IMG/VR virus record: IMGVR_UViG_3300042784_000014 | Span: 1 to 42,312 of that record | DNA from: a virus | Taxonomy: Duplodnaviria; Caudoviricetes | DNA: 42,312 bases | Reading direction: 5' to 3' (one strand) | Notes under the pieces: generated by a model | Seen by the model: the letters and a program-made list of their open reading frames with translations, nothing else | What the model was told of the DNA's origin: nothing | Database searches by the model: none | Made by a program: the position numbers and the translations under genes | Shown: positions 26,352-36,021 of the stretch, piece after piece | Numbering within the stretch: the first letter of the stretch is position 1 | Layout: each line of letters opens with the position of its first letter

Positions 26352-26659
26352 TAAGAAGTTATTTTAATGCTATTGCAGAGAAAATAAGCAAAAAAGTTGG
26401 TAGTGATGGATATGGAGAGCCTGAACTTGAAGATATAGCTGAAAATATTGAATGTAGAAAAATCGAAAGAACAAAACTGGTTAGAAATGATAAAGGGAAT
26501 GAGGTTGTTTCTTCAATAGAGGTCTGGCTTCCACCTGAATTTGAGAAGCTGCCGCCAGAAAGTGAAATAGTATTTAATGGAGAAAAAAATACTGTGATTA
26601 ATTCTGGCCATGTACCAGGTATAGTTGCTGATCAATATTTGAGGGTGAATTTGAAATGA
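26348..26659 (+). CDS. Head closure protein
   Basis: DGYGEP..LVRN..G.EVVS pattern; position. Confidence 0.7.
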   Translation: MIRSYFNAIAEKISKKVGSDGYGEPELEDIAENIECRKIERTKLVRNDKGNEVVSSIEVWLPPEFEKLPPESEIVFNGEKNTVINSGHVPGIVADQYLRVNLK

Positions 26660-27156
26660 AAAATGAGCCTTTATTTGAATTAGATATTGAAAAAATGGAA
26701 GAGGATATTAAGCGAGTTCAGAAGGCCTTAGATAAAGCGGAAGATATTGCTTTAAAAGCTGCTGCAGATGAAATGGCCGGAATTATTATGGACTTATTAG
26801 GTGAAGCAATGAGAAGAGCACCAAAAGACACTGGATATTTAAGAGGGTCTGGTATTGCAAAGTTAAATGATGATCAGGTAGCTCATACCGAGAGTTCTGG
26901 CTCTAATGCAGCAGAGGTAGTTAGAGATTTTAAAGCAGGTAACATATCACTGCAGCAATTTGTTGATGAATTAATGGGAGAGGTAGCCTTTAATACTCCT
27001 TATGCTACTTATCAGCATGAAGAACAGGATTTAAATCATATAGATGGTGAAGCTAAATATTTAGAGAATTCTCTTAAAGAGAAATCTCCTGAATATATTA
27101 AAGGCCTGGCTGCAGCAATAGAAGCTGCTTTAGATAAAGAAGGTGGTGTCAGTTGA
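26656..27156 (+). CDS. HK97 gp10-like neck/tail completion protein
   Basis: AP.DTG.LR.S, NTPYA.YQHE, AKYLE. Confidence 0.8.
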   Translation: MKNEPLFELDIEKMEEDIKRVQKALDKAEDIALKAAADEMAGIIMDLLGEAMRRAPKDTGYLRGSGIAKLNDDQVAHTESSGSNAAEVVRDFKAGNISLQQFVDELMGEVAFNTPYATYQHEEQDLNHIDGEAKYLENSLKEKSPEYIKGLAAAIEAALDKEGGVS

Positions 27157-27530
27157 GTATTTTATTAAAAAAAGTTGTTGATTTTGTGGAAGCTCATGAT
27201 GTCGGAACTTTTAGTGAAGATATCTTTATCGGTCAGAGGCCATCTAAGCCGATTGACTGCATTACTTTTTACGATACACCTGGTAGGCCTCCGAGAAAAG
27301 ACAGTACAGCAGATAGAACATTTCAGGTAATAACTAGAAATAAAAGTTATCCTCTGGGAATAGGTAAAGCTGGAGAAGTACAAAAAGTTTTAAAAGAATT
27401 ATATCAATTCTGGCTTGGTGATACCTGGGTGATTAAACTAGAAGCCCAAAATGAACCGGGCCATATTGGAAGAGACGAAAACGGAAACCATTTATTCAGT
27501 TCGAATTATAATATTTGGATAAAAGAATAA
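27153..27530 (+). CDS. Tail terminator protein
   Basis: IF.G..P..P, FQV.TR, G.DENG...FS.N; position. Confidence 0.75.
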   Translation: MSILLKKVVDFVEAHDVGTFSEDIFIGQRPSKPIDCITFYDTPGRPPRKDSTADRTFQVITRNKSYPLGIGKAGEVQKVLKELYQFWLGDTWVIKLEAQNEPGHIGRDENGNHLFSSNYNIWIKE

Positions 27531-27549
27531 TTAAAGAGAGGTGATTTAA

Positions 27550-28416
27550 ATGACAGTTACTAAAGCTGTAAGAAATCCTGGTAACTTTACGGTTGGACCA
27601 TCTGATATTTACGAAGGCCCTTATGGCTGTAATAAAGAAGATGCTAGAGATGTTGGTATCACTCAGGGCGGAGTTAGTTATAGTAATGAACTAGAATTTA
27701 AAGAATTTGATGATGCTGATCAGTATTTAGGTGTTATTGGTCTGGCAAAAATCGGTGATCGAATGGAAATAACTTTTACTATGAAAGAAAATACTTTAGA
27801 AAATATGAAGTTAGCCTGGGGATTACCTGATGAAGCGCTTGATGTTGAGAATAATACATTATATTTTGGTGCTTCTTCAAAAATTGAATATAAGAAATTA
27901 TTTATTGATGGCCCGGCACCTGGTGGAGGAACTGCAAATTATGAGTTCTGGAAGACGTTTCCTATTTCAGCATCAGAGGTTGAACAGACTAAAGATGATA
28001 ATGCAGTTTATGAAGTGACAATGTTGGTTATAGAAGACACAACAAAACCAGAAAAATATAGATACGGTAAAAGGGTTGATGTTTATGATGATACCATTCC
28101 ACCCGCTGTTGATTCTATACTTCCTGTTGACAGTGATACTGATGTCGCTGTAGATATAGAAGTTGAATGGACATTTTCTGAAGCTATTCAACAAAGGGAT
28201 ATTACTACTGGTAATTTTAATATTGTTAATACATCTGGAACTGAAATTGAAGGTGAATTAGCCTATAATCCTAATGATTTTACAGTTACATTCACTCCGG
28301 AATCTAGTTTAGAAAATGACACATTATATCTAGCTTTTGTATCTGGTGAGGTAAGGGATATGGCTGGAAATGCAATGGGCGATAATTATCGGACCAGTTT
28401 TACCACAGTAGCATAA
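27550..28416 (+). CDS. Major tail tube protein with fused C-terminal Ig-like domain
   Basis: G.TQGG tube motif; C-terminal D..PP.V....P...FSE...F.P...L...Y...V.D.AGN..SFTT (Big_5-like). Confidence 0.85.
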   Translation: MTVTKAVRNPGNFTVGPSDIYEGPYGCNKEDARDVGITQGGVSYSNELEFKEFDDADQYLGVIGLAKIGDRMEITFTMKENTLENMKLAWGLPDEALDVENNTLYFGASSKIEYKKLFIDGPAPGGGTANYEFWKTFPISASEVEQTKDDNAVYEVTMLVIEDTTKPEKYRYGKRVDVYDDTIPPAVDSILPVDSDTDVAVDIEVEWTFSEAIQQRDITTGNFNIVNTSGTEIEGELAYNPNDFTVTFTPESSLENDTLYLAFVSGEVRDMAGNAMGDNYRTSFTTVA

Positions 28417-28427
28417 TAAGACTGATT

Positions 28428-28452
28428 AAAGCAGGGGAAACCCTGCTTTTTA
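28428..28452 (+). terminator. Intrinsic terminator after the tail tube gene
   Basis: AAAGCAGGG-gaaa-CCCTGCTTTTT. Confidence 0.8.
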
Positions 28453-28470
28453 TTATAGGAGGAGATAATT

Positions 28471-28881
28471 TTGAGTACTAAAGTTGATGAAGTTTTAATG
28501 CCCGAAACTAAAGAGGTTTATGTTGGTAAAGAAAAATTTGAAGTTGGCCCACTTGTTAGAGCTAAATATGGAAAACTGATAAATGTTTTTGCAGAATTAG
28601 TTTTAAATTTAGATCAAGAAGTCTTAGAAAATGCCGAGGAACATATAGATGAATTAATTACTATTATTAGTGATCAGGCTTTATTGAAACTATACGCTGC
28701 AGCATTGGATAAAAATGAAGAGTGGGTAAACAATAATCTATTGCTGCCTCAGGAAATAAAGCTCTTTAGTGTCATTTTAGAAGTAAATGATATTGAGTCG
28801 ATCATAGAAAATTTTACAAAAGTTCTTCGGAAGAAGGCGGTAATTCAGAAGATAACAGGCAAATTACAGAGTTCGAAGTAA
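28471..28881 (+). CDS. Tail assembly chaperone (gpG-like)
   Basis: Between tube and tape measure genes; contains a slippery heptamer. Confidence 0.85.
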   Translation: MSTKVDEVLMPETKEVYVGKEKFEVGPLVRAKYGKLINVFAELVLNLDQEVLENAEEHIDELITIISDQALLKLYAAALDKNEEWVNNNLLLPQEIKLFSVILEVNDIESIIENFTKVLRKKAVIQKITGKLQSSK

Positions 28882-29168
28882 TAGAGAAGATTGCCAGTAC
28901 TTATTCAATGCCTCCTGAGGAAGTGATTTGGAGATATACCAAAAAACAAATAGTTGAGATTTTTAGGCAGATACAAAATAGAGAAATAGACGAAATTAAT
29001 TTGAGGTATAAGATGCTCAGGGCAAGTAGAGCTCAAAACTCTTCAGATGAATTTTTAACAAAAGATAATAATAAAAAAATTAAAGAAAATAATAATCTGA
29101 ACAGTGTAGGAGTTGGTTCAGATACAGAACTAAAAAATCATAATCCTAATTTAAAGATCAGGAGGTGA
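28471..29168 (+). CDS. Tail assembly chaperone gpGT-like fusion via -1 frameshift at 28809-28815
   Basis: A-AAT-TTT heptamer; the -1 frame (YKSSSEEGGNSED...) is open and continuous with ORF 28908..29168. Confidence 0.8.
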
Positions 29169-29172
29169 GCTT

Positions 29173-31833
29173 ATGGCCTATAATGCAGGTGCAATAGTAA
29201 CTAATTTTACTGCAGGAGTTAAAGATTTTAAAGCTGGTATTAAAACAGCTAAAAATGAATTATCTGGTTTTGCTAAATCAGTATCTAAAACAGGAACTAA
29301 ACTAAAATCAGTTGGCTCTACAATGACAAAAAATATAACAGCACCACTTGTAGCTATAGGAGCTGCAGCTGGTAAATTTGGGATTGAGTTTGAAAATTCT
29401 ATGACTCAATCTCTTTCTATTATGGGGGATGTTTCTAATGAAATGAGAACCCAGATGGAAGAAACAGCCAGACAGGTCGCTTTATCCACTGATAAATCAG
29501 CAAAAGAGGCTGCGGATTCGTATTATTACCTGGCATCTGCTGGAATGGATGCAGCTGAAGCCATGGAGGCATTACCTAAGGTAGCACAATTTGCGACAGC
29601 TGGTAATTTTGATATGGCCACTGCCACTGATCTTTTAACTGACGCTCAAAGTGCATTGGGACTTGCTGCAGAAGATACTGCAGAGCATATGGAGAATATG
29701 CAGCGAGTATCTGATGTATTAACACAGGCACAAAACATGGCAAATGCAAGTACTCAGCAATTTTCGGAAGCATTAACTAATGAAGCAGCTGCTTCTTTGA
29801 AAGCTACAAATAAATCAATTGAAGAAGGAGTTGCAGTACTATCAGTATTTGCTGATCAGGGCCGTAAAGGTTCTGAAGCAGGAAACACACTGGCCAGGAC
29901 TTTAACATATTTACAAGATGCTCAAAATAAAAATGCAGATAAGTGGAACGAATTGAATATGAGTATCTATGACTCTGAAGGTAATATGAAAAATATGGCT
30001 GATATTGTTGAAATGTTAGAAGGCAGAATGGAGGGACTATCCACTGCGGAGCAAACTGCGTTGCTTAAAAAATTAGGTTTTAATGCTGAAACTCAAAAAA
30101 CAATTAATCTTTTAATGGGTACCTCTGATCAAATTAGAAAATATCAGACTGAACTAGAAAATGCTGGTGGAGCTACAGAAGAAATAGCTAAAAAACAGAT
30201 GAAATCAATGAAAAAACAATTAGGCTTATTAAAAGATGGGATTATTGACGCAGCATTGTCAATTTATGATATGTTGGAGCCTGCAATTTCAACTGTCCTA
30301 CTTCCAATTTTACAAGCATTAGTTGGAGGAATCCGAAAAGTAGCAGCATGGTTTGGTAATTTACCAGAATCAGTACAGGCTGTTATTGGAGTTTTTGGAA
30401 TGCTTGCTGCTGCAATAGGACCAGTTTTAGTAGTTGTTGGTTCTATAATGACTGCAATAGCTCCCTTAATCCCTACAATTACTGCAGTAGGTTCAGCAAT
30501 TATGGCCTTAAGTGCTGGACCATTAGTGGCAATTGTTGCTGCAGTTGTTGGGGTAATTGCAATTTTCACTAAATGGCACGAAGAAATAATAGATTTTGTA
30601 AAGTATTTGGTTGATGTATTCATAGGAACTTGGCTTAAAATTCCGGAATACTTTCCTCAAATTTGGAATGACATCACAAGAATAATCACAAATGCTTTAA
30701 AAGGTTTAAGAAATACTATGAGTGGTTTAATGAATAAAATTGTAACTGTGTTTAGTAATGCTTGGAAGGCAATTCGAACTTCCACCAAAACTATTTGGAC
30801 AGGGATAAAAAATGTGTTGAGTGATATACTTGACGTAATCTGGACTTTATTTTTGAACTGGACACCGACAGGTATAATTATTAAATACTGGGATGAGATT
30901 CTTAGTTACACTAAAGATATTTGGGGTAAAATTAAAGATTTTATAATAAATATCTGGCAGTCTATTATGGACTTTATTGGTAATTCTGAATTTATACAAA
31001 CAGTAATAAATCTTTATGCTGATATGAAAATTGCTATTATAGACAGTTTTGTTGCTATGAAAGATGGTGTTGTAAATGCTTGGGAAACAATCACAAATGC
31101 GATTACAAATTCTGCTATTTGGCAATCTGCTGTTAGGATGTTTACAGACTTTGTAACTGATTTTTTAGGAGCGTTTCAGAAAATCCCAAGTGAAATAAGT
31201 ACAATTTGGGGTAATGTGATTACATTTACTTCTGACGCTTTCAAAGGTATCGCAGGCGATATGAAAGAAATGTTTAATAATGTAGTTGACTGGATACCGG
31301 GAAAAATTGGCGAGATTGTCGGTGGAATTAAAGATTTTTGGACTGATGTTTATGACTACCTTTCAAACCAGAGCTTATATTCTGTGGGTAGGAATATAAT
31401 CACCAGTTTAGCTGACGGTATTAGTGCAGCAATGAGCAAAGTTGTAAATTCTGTGAAAAATGTTGCTTCGGGACTTACAGATGCTGCTAAAAAAGCATTA
31501 GGAATTAATTCTCCTTCGAAAGTTTTTGCTGGAATAGGAAAAAATATAGGTGAAGGTATGGAACAGGGAATTGAAGGTAAAGAAAGGGATATTGCTGATA
31601 AAATAACACAGGTTAAAGACCTAATGACTTCTAAAATAAATGTGGAAAGTATGCAAGTAAATCCGTTAGCTGAAAAAGCTGTTGGAACTACAAACAATTC
31701 TAGCAATATTCACAACGACTTTAGGCCAACTGTTAATTTAGGTGGCGGAAATACAGATACAGAATCAGAAAGAAGAAGACAAATGGAACAGATGTTAAGA
31801 AAACTTGGTGCACAATATAAATTGAAAGGGTGA
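29173..31833 (+). CDS. Tape measure protein
   Basis: 886 aa, TP901-type core, hydrophobic segment, Trp/Phe repeats, LGINSPSKVF motif. Confidence 0.95.
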   Translation: MAYNAGAIVTNFTAGVKDFKAGIKTAKNELSGFAKSVSKTGTKLKSVGSTMTKNITAPLVAIGAAAGKFGIEFENSMTQSLSIMGDVSNEMRTQMEETARQVALSTDKSAKEAADSYYYLASAGMDAAEAMEALPKVAQFATAGNFDMATATDLLTDAQSALGLAAEDTAEHMENMQRVSDVLTQAQNMANASTQQFSEALTNEAAASLKATNKSIEEGVAVLSVFADQGRKGSEAGNTLARTLTYLQDAQNKNADKWNELNMSIYDSEGNMKNMADIVEMLEGRMEGLSTAEQTALLKKLGFNAETQKTINLLMGTSDQIRKYQTELENAGGATEEIAKKQMKSMKKQLGLLKDGIIDAALSIYDMLEPAISTVLLPILQALVGGIRKVAAWFGNLPESVQAVIGVFGMLAAAIGPVLVVVGSIMTAIAPLIPTITAVGSAIMALSAGPLVAIVAAVVGVIAIFTKWHEEIIDFVKYLVDVFIGTWLKIPEYFPQIWNDITRIITNALKGLRNTMSGLMNKIVTVFSNAWKAIRTSTKTIWTGIKNVLSDILDVIWTLFLNWTPTGIIIKYWDEILSYTKDIWGKIKDFIINIWQSIMDFIGNSEFIQTVINLYADMKIAIIDSFVAMKDGVVNAWETITNAITNSAIWQSAVRMFTDFVTDFLGAFQKIPSEISTIWGNVITFTSDAFKGIAGDMKEMFNNVVDWIPGKIGEIVGGIKDFWTDVYDYLSNQSLYSVGRNIITSLADGISAAMSKVVNSVKNVASGLTDAAKKALGINSPSKVFAGIGKNIGEGMEQGIEGKERDIADKITQVKDLMTSKINVESMQVNPLAEKAVGTTNNSSNIHNDFRPTVNLGGGNTDTESERRRQMEQMLRKLGAQYKLKG

Positions 31834-31839
31834 TTTTAA

Positions 31840-32262
31840 ATGGCAAGTTTAACAAATGACGGAGAAAAACTAGTTTTAAATGCCTTATTTAGAAATACCG
31901 GCTCCTTACCAGCAAATATATATTTAGGACTTGCAACTAATGCTAGAGGAAGTCTTAATGAAACAGTACAGCTTTCAGATTTAACAGAGGTTGACGACGC
32001 TGGTTATGAAAGAAAAGAAGTGATATTTACTGCTCCAGTAGAAAGTAATGATGCTTTTCAAATTGAAAATAATGCTCAAATTGAGTTCGGGCCGTGGGCA
32101 GAAGACGAGGATACTGGAATTGTATATGCTTTCTTAACTGATTCACAGACTGGGACTTCCGGAATTGTGATTGGCTTATATGAATTTACGTCAGCTAAAA
32201 CACCTTTAGCGGGAGAAGCACAAATTGTAACTCAAGGAAGTTGTAAATTCAGTATTAGTTAA
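31840..32262 (+). CDS. Small tail-fibre/baseplate-associated structural protein
   Basis: LN.LFR...IYLGL.T...E....GY.R..V.F...N...I.F pattern. Confidence 0.6.
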   Translation: MASLTNDGEKLVLNALFRNTGSLPANIYLGLATNARGSLNETVQLSDLTEVDDAGYERKEVIFTAPVESNDAFQIENNAQIEFGPWAEDEDTGIVYAFLTDSQTGTSGIVIGLYEFTSAKTPLAGEAQIVTQGSCKFSIS

Positions 32263-32275
32263 AGTAGGTGAAATT

Positions 32276-33079
32276 ATGTTAATTAGCTTTATAAATTCAG
32301 AGGGAGGTGTTCTAACACTCCCGGAAAATAATAAGTTTATACTGAACGACTGGGCTGGATTTGCGAACACCTCTCACTCTTTGAAAGAGAATAAAGCACC
32401 GGAACAAATAGGTACAACTATAATTAATAGGATTTTTTCTTCTCGAGTAATTGATTTGCAATTTAGAATGGTGCGTCAGAACAGGCAGAATTTATTTAAT
32501 CTAAGACGGGAAGTAATTTCTAAATTAAATCCAATGTTAGGTCAAGGAAAGATTGTGTGGCAACAAAATGACGGCACAGTTTTTCAAATTAACGCTGAAT
32601 TAGACAATTTACAAATGCCTTCCGGAGATGCTCAAAGCAACACTTTCCAAGAAGTACAGGTGAGTTTTCTAGCAGAAGACCCTCGTTGGTATGATTTTGA
32701 AATTACTGAAATTGACTTACTTTTAGATTCAGAGGTTGCTTTATTAAATAATGGCGACACCAAAACCCATTGTGAAATTGAGATTACTGGGCCGGTCAAG
32801 AATCCAAAAATATATAATTTAACCTCTGGGAAAGTCATTATAATAAATAGAGAACTGCTAGCCGGTGAAAAGGTAATTGTAAATACAGAATTTGGCAATA
32901 AAAATATTTCTTTTATCAATGAAGACGGACAGAATCGCAGGGCAATGAGTATTCTTGATTTAGATTCTGAATTATTTTATTTAGAGAAGGGTACTAATAG
33001 TCTATTTTGTGAGGGTGCATACACGACAGAAGAAACAGATTTTAAAATAAAGTTTTACAACAGATATTTAGGAGTGTGA
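32276..33079 (+). CDS. Distal tail protein (Dit)
   Basis: R.I.L, F.A.DP.WY, N.GD, I.GP..NP.I.N, F.L..G.N motifs. Confidence 0.85.
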   Translation: MLISFINSEGGVLTLPENNKFILNDWAGFANTSHSLKENKAPEQIGTTIINRIFSSRVIDLQFRMVRQNRQNLFNLRREVISKLNPMLGQGKIVWQQNDGTVFQINAELDNLQMPSGDAQSNTFQEVQVSFLAEDPRWYDFEITEIDLLLDSEVALLNNGDTKTHCEIEITGPVKNPKIYNLTSGKVIIINRELLAGEKVIVNTEFGNKNISFINEDGQNRRAMSILDLDSELFYLEKGTNSLFCEGAYTTEETDFKIKFYNRYLGV

Positions 33080-34548
33080 TAAAAATGGCTTTAGGAGACT
33101 TAAAAAAAGATTTAAACTCATTACCAATGCCTGTTTCTGTAGCAATTTCAAATAGTGGGAAATATGTAGTTGCTTTGCATGGTGGAGATATGATGGGAGC
33201 TACCAATTATTATATATATAATTTAGAAACAGATGCTCTAGAAGTTAACACAACTTTACCTTCAATAACCGGATTAAGTATAACTATTGCTGGTAGTGAA
33301 GGAAACGAAAAAGTTATTATAGGTGATTCCACTGGAAACATTCATTTTATGGAGTTGTCAAATATGATAACAGAAGCAACAAATGTTGTTACAGATACAT
33401 TTGGTGTAGCTGCTGGTAAAATACCATTAAAAATAAAAGATAATGGTTTAGATTTTAACAACCCAGATTTTAGAATTGGTGTTTCATACGCTTCTCAAGA
33501 TAACTCTGATATAATGTTGTTAAATCCTTCTAACTTTAGTATCGTTAATAACGTTAGTTATACTAGTATAGATGTACCTATGATAGAAGATTTTGATTTG
33601 TTATATGATGAAACTGTATCTAAAACAACTTTAATTTATCCTGGTTATAATAATAGTACCACCACTTATTTTTTGCAATTGATAGTTGAGAATGAAGCAA
33701 TTCCTGCTCAAATTGAAATACAGAATGCTGACCTAATTAGCAGTGTTATTACTAATATGAGTACATTTAAACAAATAAAACTATATAAAGATTCTGCTAC
33801 TGGAGATAAAATTGCTAAATTATTGTTATATGGTTTTGATGAGTCTGGTGGAGGTCAAGATAAATATTCAGAAATCATAGATTTTAATATAGCTTCTGAA
33901 ACTATGTTGAATAGCACTACAATTACAGAAACTGCTTATAACACCGATGGACAAGTAATAAATACAGCTATATTGGACAAAGATACAGTTATAGCTAATA
34001 AAAATGCTACTGATATTGTTGAAATACAAGACTTAAATACTGTAATTACAACTGTTACTAATATTCCAAAATTTGTAGTTTCTAATAATAGCGAGGTATT
34101 TCTGATATTAGAAATAACTGGTTATCAAACACAAGATGAGCAAATTTCTGATGTCAAAGTTTATGAGGGTATTATTACAGCATCTGAGCCTAGCTTAACA
34201 TTTCCAACAGAGGAAAATATATATTTCTTTGATGAAACGGATACTCTAATTACAGAGCTTGATGTAGGACAGCTTTCACCAATCAAAGACACAGATATTT
34301 ACCCAGTGAAAATTGCTACAAATATTACAACAGATACATTTGAAAGTGTTACTTTAGGTACTACTCAAAACAACGTTAATTGCTTAATGTCAGCAACTGA
34401 AGATCCATTTGAGAGTTTAGAGCAGATTACAATTCCGTTTACAAATGAAGACACAGTTACAATTTATTTGAAACTCTCTACTGATGAAGTACAGACTGTG
34501 GGCAGTGCTTCACTAGAATTACTTGTTGTTGGTAATTTAGCGACTTAA
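33076..34548 (+). CDS. Acidic beta-rich tail protein, possible receptor-binding protein
   Basis: Beta-propeller-like N-terminal repeats; position in the baseplate region. Confidence 0.55.
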   Translation: MIKMALGDLKKDLNSLPMPVSVAISNSGKYVVALHGGDMMGATNYYIYNLETDALEVNTTLPSITGLSITIAGSEGNEKVIIGDSTGNIHFMELSNMITEATNVVTDTFGVAAGKIPLKIKDNGLDFNNPDFRIGVSYASQDNSDIMLLNPSNFSIVNNVSYTSIDVPMIEDFDLLYDETVSKTTLIYPGYNNSTTTYFLQLIVENEAIPAQIEIQNADLISSVITNMSTFKQIKLYKDSATGDKIAKLLLYGFDESGGGQDKYSEIIDFNIASETMLNSTTITETAYNTDGQVINTAILDKDTVIANKNATDIVEIQDLNTVITTVTNIPKFVVSNNSEVFLILEITGYQTQDEQISDVKVYEGIITASEPSLTFPTEENIYFFDETDTLITELDVGQLSPIKDTDIYPVKIATNITTDTFESVTLGTTQNNVNCLMSATEDPFESLEQITIPFTNEDTVTIYLKLSTDEVQTVGSASLELLVVGNLAT

Positions 34549-34570
34549 AAAATAGGAGGAGGAATAAGAA

Positions 34571-36019
34571 ATGCAAATTAAATATTACAATCCTCCTGTG
34601 AATGATTTAGATTTGAAATATACACAAGCTCACAATTTCTTAGATATTAATTATTCAAATAAGTTTGTAGGAACTGTGAGCTTACTTTTTTCTAAAGTTG
34701 ATAATTCAGTCAATCTAAATTATTTTAATGGGTTTATCAATAATCTAGACTTGGTTTATAATGGCAAGGGTACTAATATCTTAAAAGCTAATTATGAAAT
34801 ACAGGATAATAAACTTGGTATTAATTATCTTAATTCAGAAATGTACTCATTAAAATTGAATTATGAAAATAAATTAGCTGTTCCTTTGTCTATTAAATAT
34901 AATCTCTCTGATAATGGTTTAAACTTAATTTATACTGGAGCTAAATATCTAAATAAACTAACACTAAATTACAACAAAGTTGCGGCTGACACTTATCAAA
35001 ACAGTTTAACTATTAAATATGAGTTAACAGAGATACCTGTTTTAGAAATGAGTTTTGAAGCAGTTACAAACTATGAAGTTAGTACTAGCTTGGCTTATAG
35101 TTTAGAAAACAGTATTAACTCTAATTTTAGTTTATTGATTAGCAGTACTTTCGAATCAATTAAATATTTGGCAACTTCTAATTTAGAGATACAGTCGGTA
35201 AAATTAAAAGAGTTATTAGAGGCTTTCAAATTTGAAACAGTTTCAGAATTCAGTTTATTTGTAAAGTCTATTACTAATAATACTGTAATATACATTCTCA
35301 CACCAGATTTTGATTTACTTGCTATTTTGGAAGAATATCAAGATTTTGTGTGGAATAGAAAATGGCGTAGTGTTGATGATTTTCAATTAACAATTTCTAA
35401 AAAACTACCTTCCTCTAAATATTTGCAACTTGAAAATTATATTGCTGTGAAAAAGGGTGATAAAGTTACAGCTGGTAGGATTGCTAAAAGAAATCTTAAA
35501 AAAGAAAATGACAGCGAATTAATAACAGTTTCCGGAAAAGGGCTTGGAGAAATATTTGAAAATAGAATCGCTTTCAATAAGGTAAATACTGATAGTGGTT
35601 ATGATAGTTTCTCTGGGCCAGCTGAAAGTGCTATGAAACATTATGTTGATGTAAATGTTATAAATCCAACAGAGGTTGACCGAAAAGTAGATAATCTTAT
35701 AAATGAAACTGACAGAGAAAAAGGTGCAACTATTAATTATAGAGCAAGATTCCAAAAAATTTCAGAAATACTATATGAAATTTCTAAGACCACAGGACTT
35801 GGTTGGGAATTAGAAATTGATTTAGAAACTAAAGAGGTCATTTTTAAAGTCTTGACAGCTAAAATTAGAAAAGGTGTAAGGTTAAGTCCAAATTTTGACA
35901 GTGTAAAAATGATACAGTTTGAGGAAAATAAAAGCTCACAGGAAAATAAAGTTGTTGTGGCAGGTCAAGGTGAAGGTGCAGACAGAATGATTAGAACAGT
36001 TTCAAGAAATGAGGTGTAG
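34571..36019 (+). CDS. Repeat domain plus N-terminal part of a ReqiPepy6 Gp37-like tail hub
   Basis: ~12 N.L.L.Y repeats, then W.R.W...DF.L, ..LS..FD, ending at VVVAGQGEGADR. Confidence 0.75.
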   Translation: MQIKYYNPPVNDLDLKYTQAHNFLDINYSNKFVGTVSLLFSKVDNSVNLNYFNGFINNLDLVYNGKGTNILKANYEIQDNKLGINYLNSEMYSLKLNYENKLAVPLSIKYNLSDNGLNLIYTGAKYLNKLTLNYNKVAADTYQNSLTIKYELTEIPVLEMSFEAVTNYEVSTSLAYSLENSINSNFSLLISSTFESIKYLATSNLEIQSVKLKELLEAFKFETVSEFSLFVKSITNNTVIYILTPDFDLLAILEEYQDFVWNRKWRSVDDFQLTISKKLPSSKYLQLENYIAVKKGDKVTAGRIAKRNLKKENDSELITVSGKGLGEIFENRIAFNKVNTDSGYDSFSGPAESAMKHYVDVNVINPTEVDRKVDNLINETDREKGATINYRARFQKISEILYEISKTTGLGWELEIDLETKEVIFKVLTAKIRKGVRLSPNFDSVKMIQFEENKSSQENKVVVAGQGEGADRMIRTVSRNEV

Positions 36020-36021
36020 TA

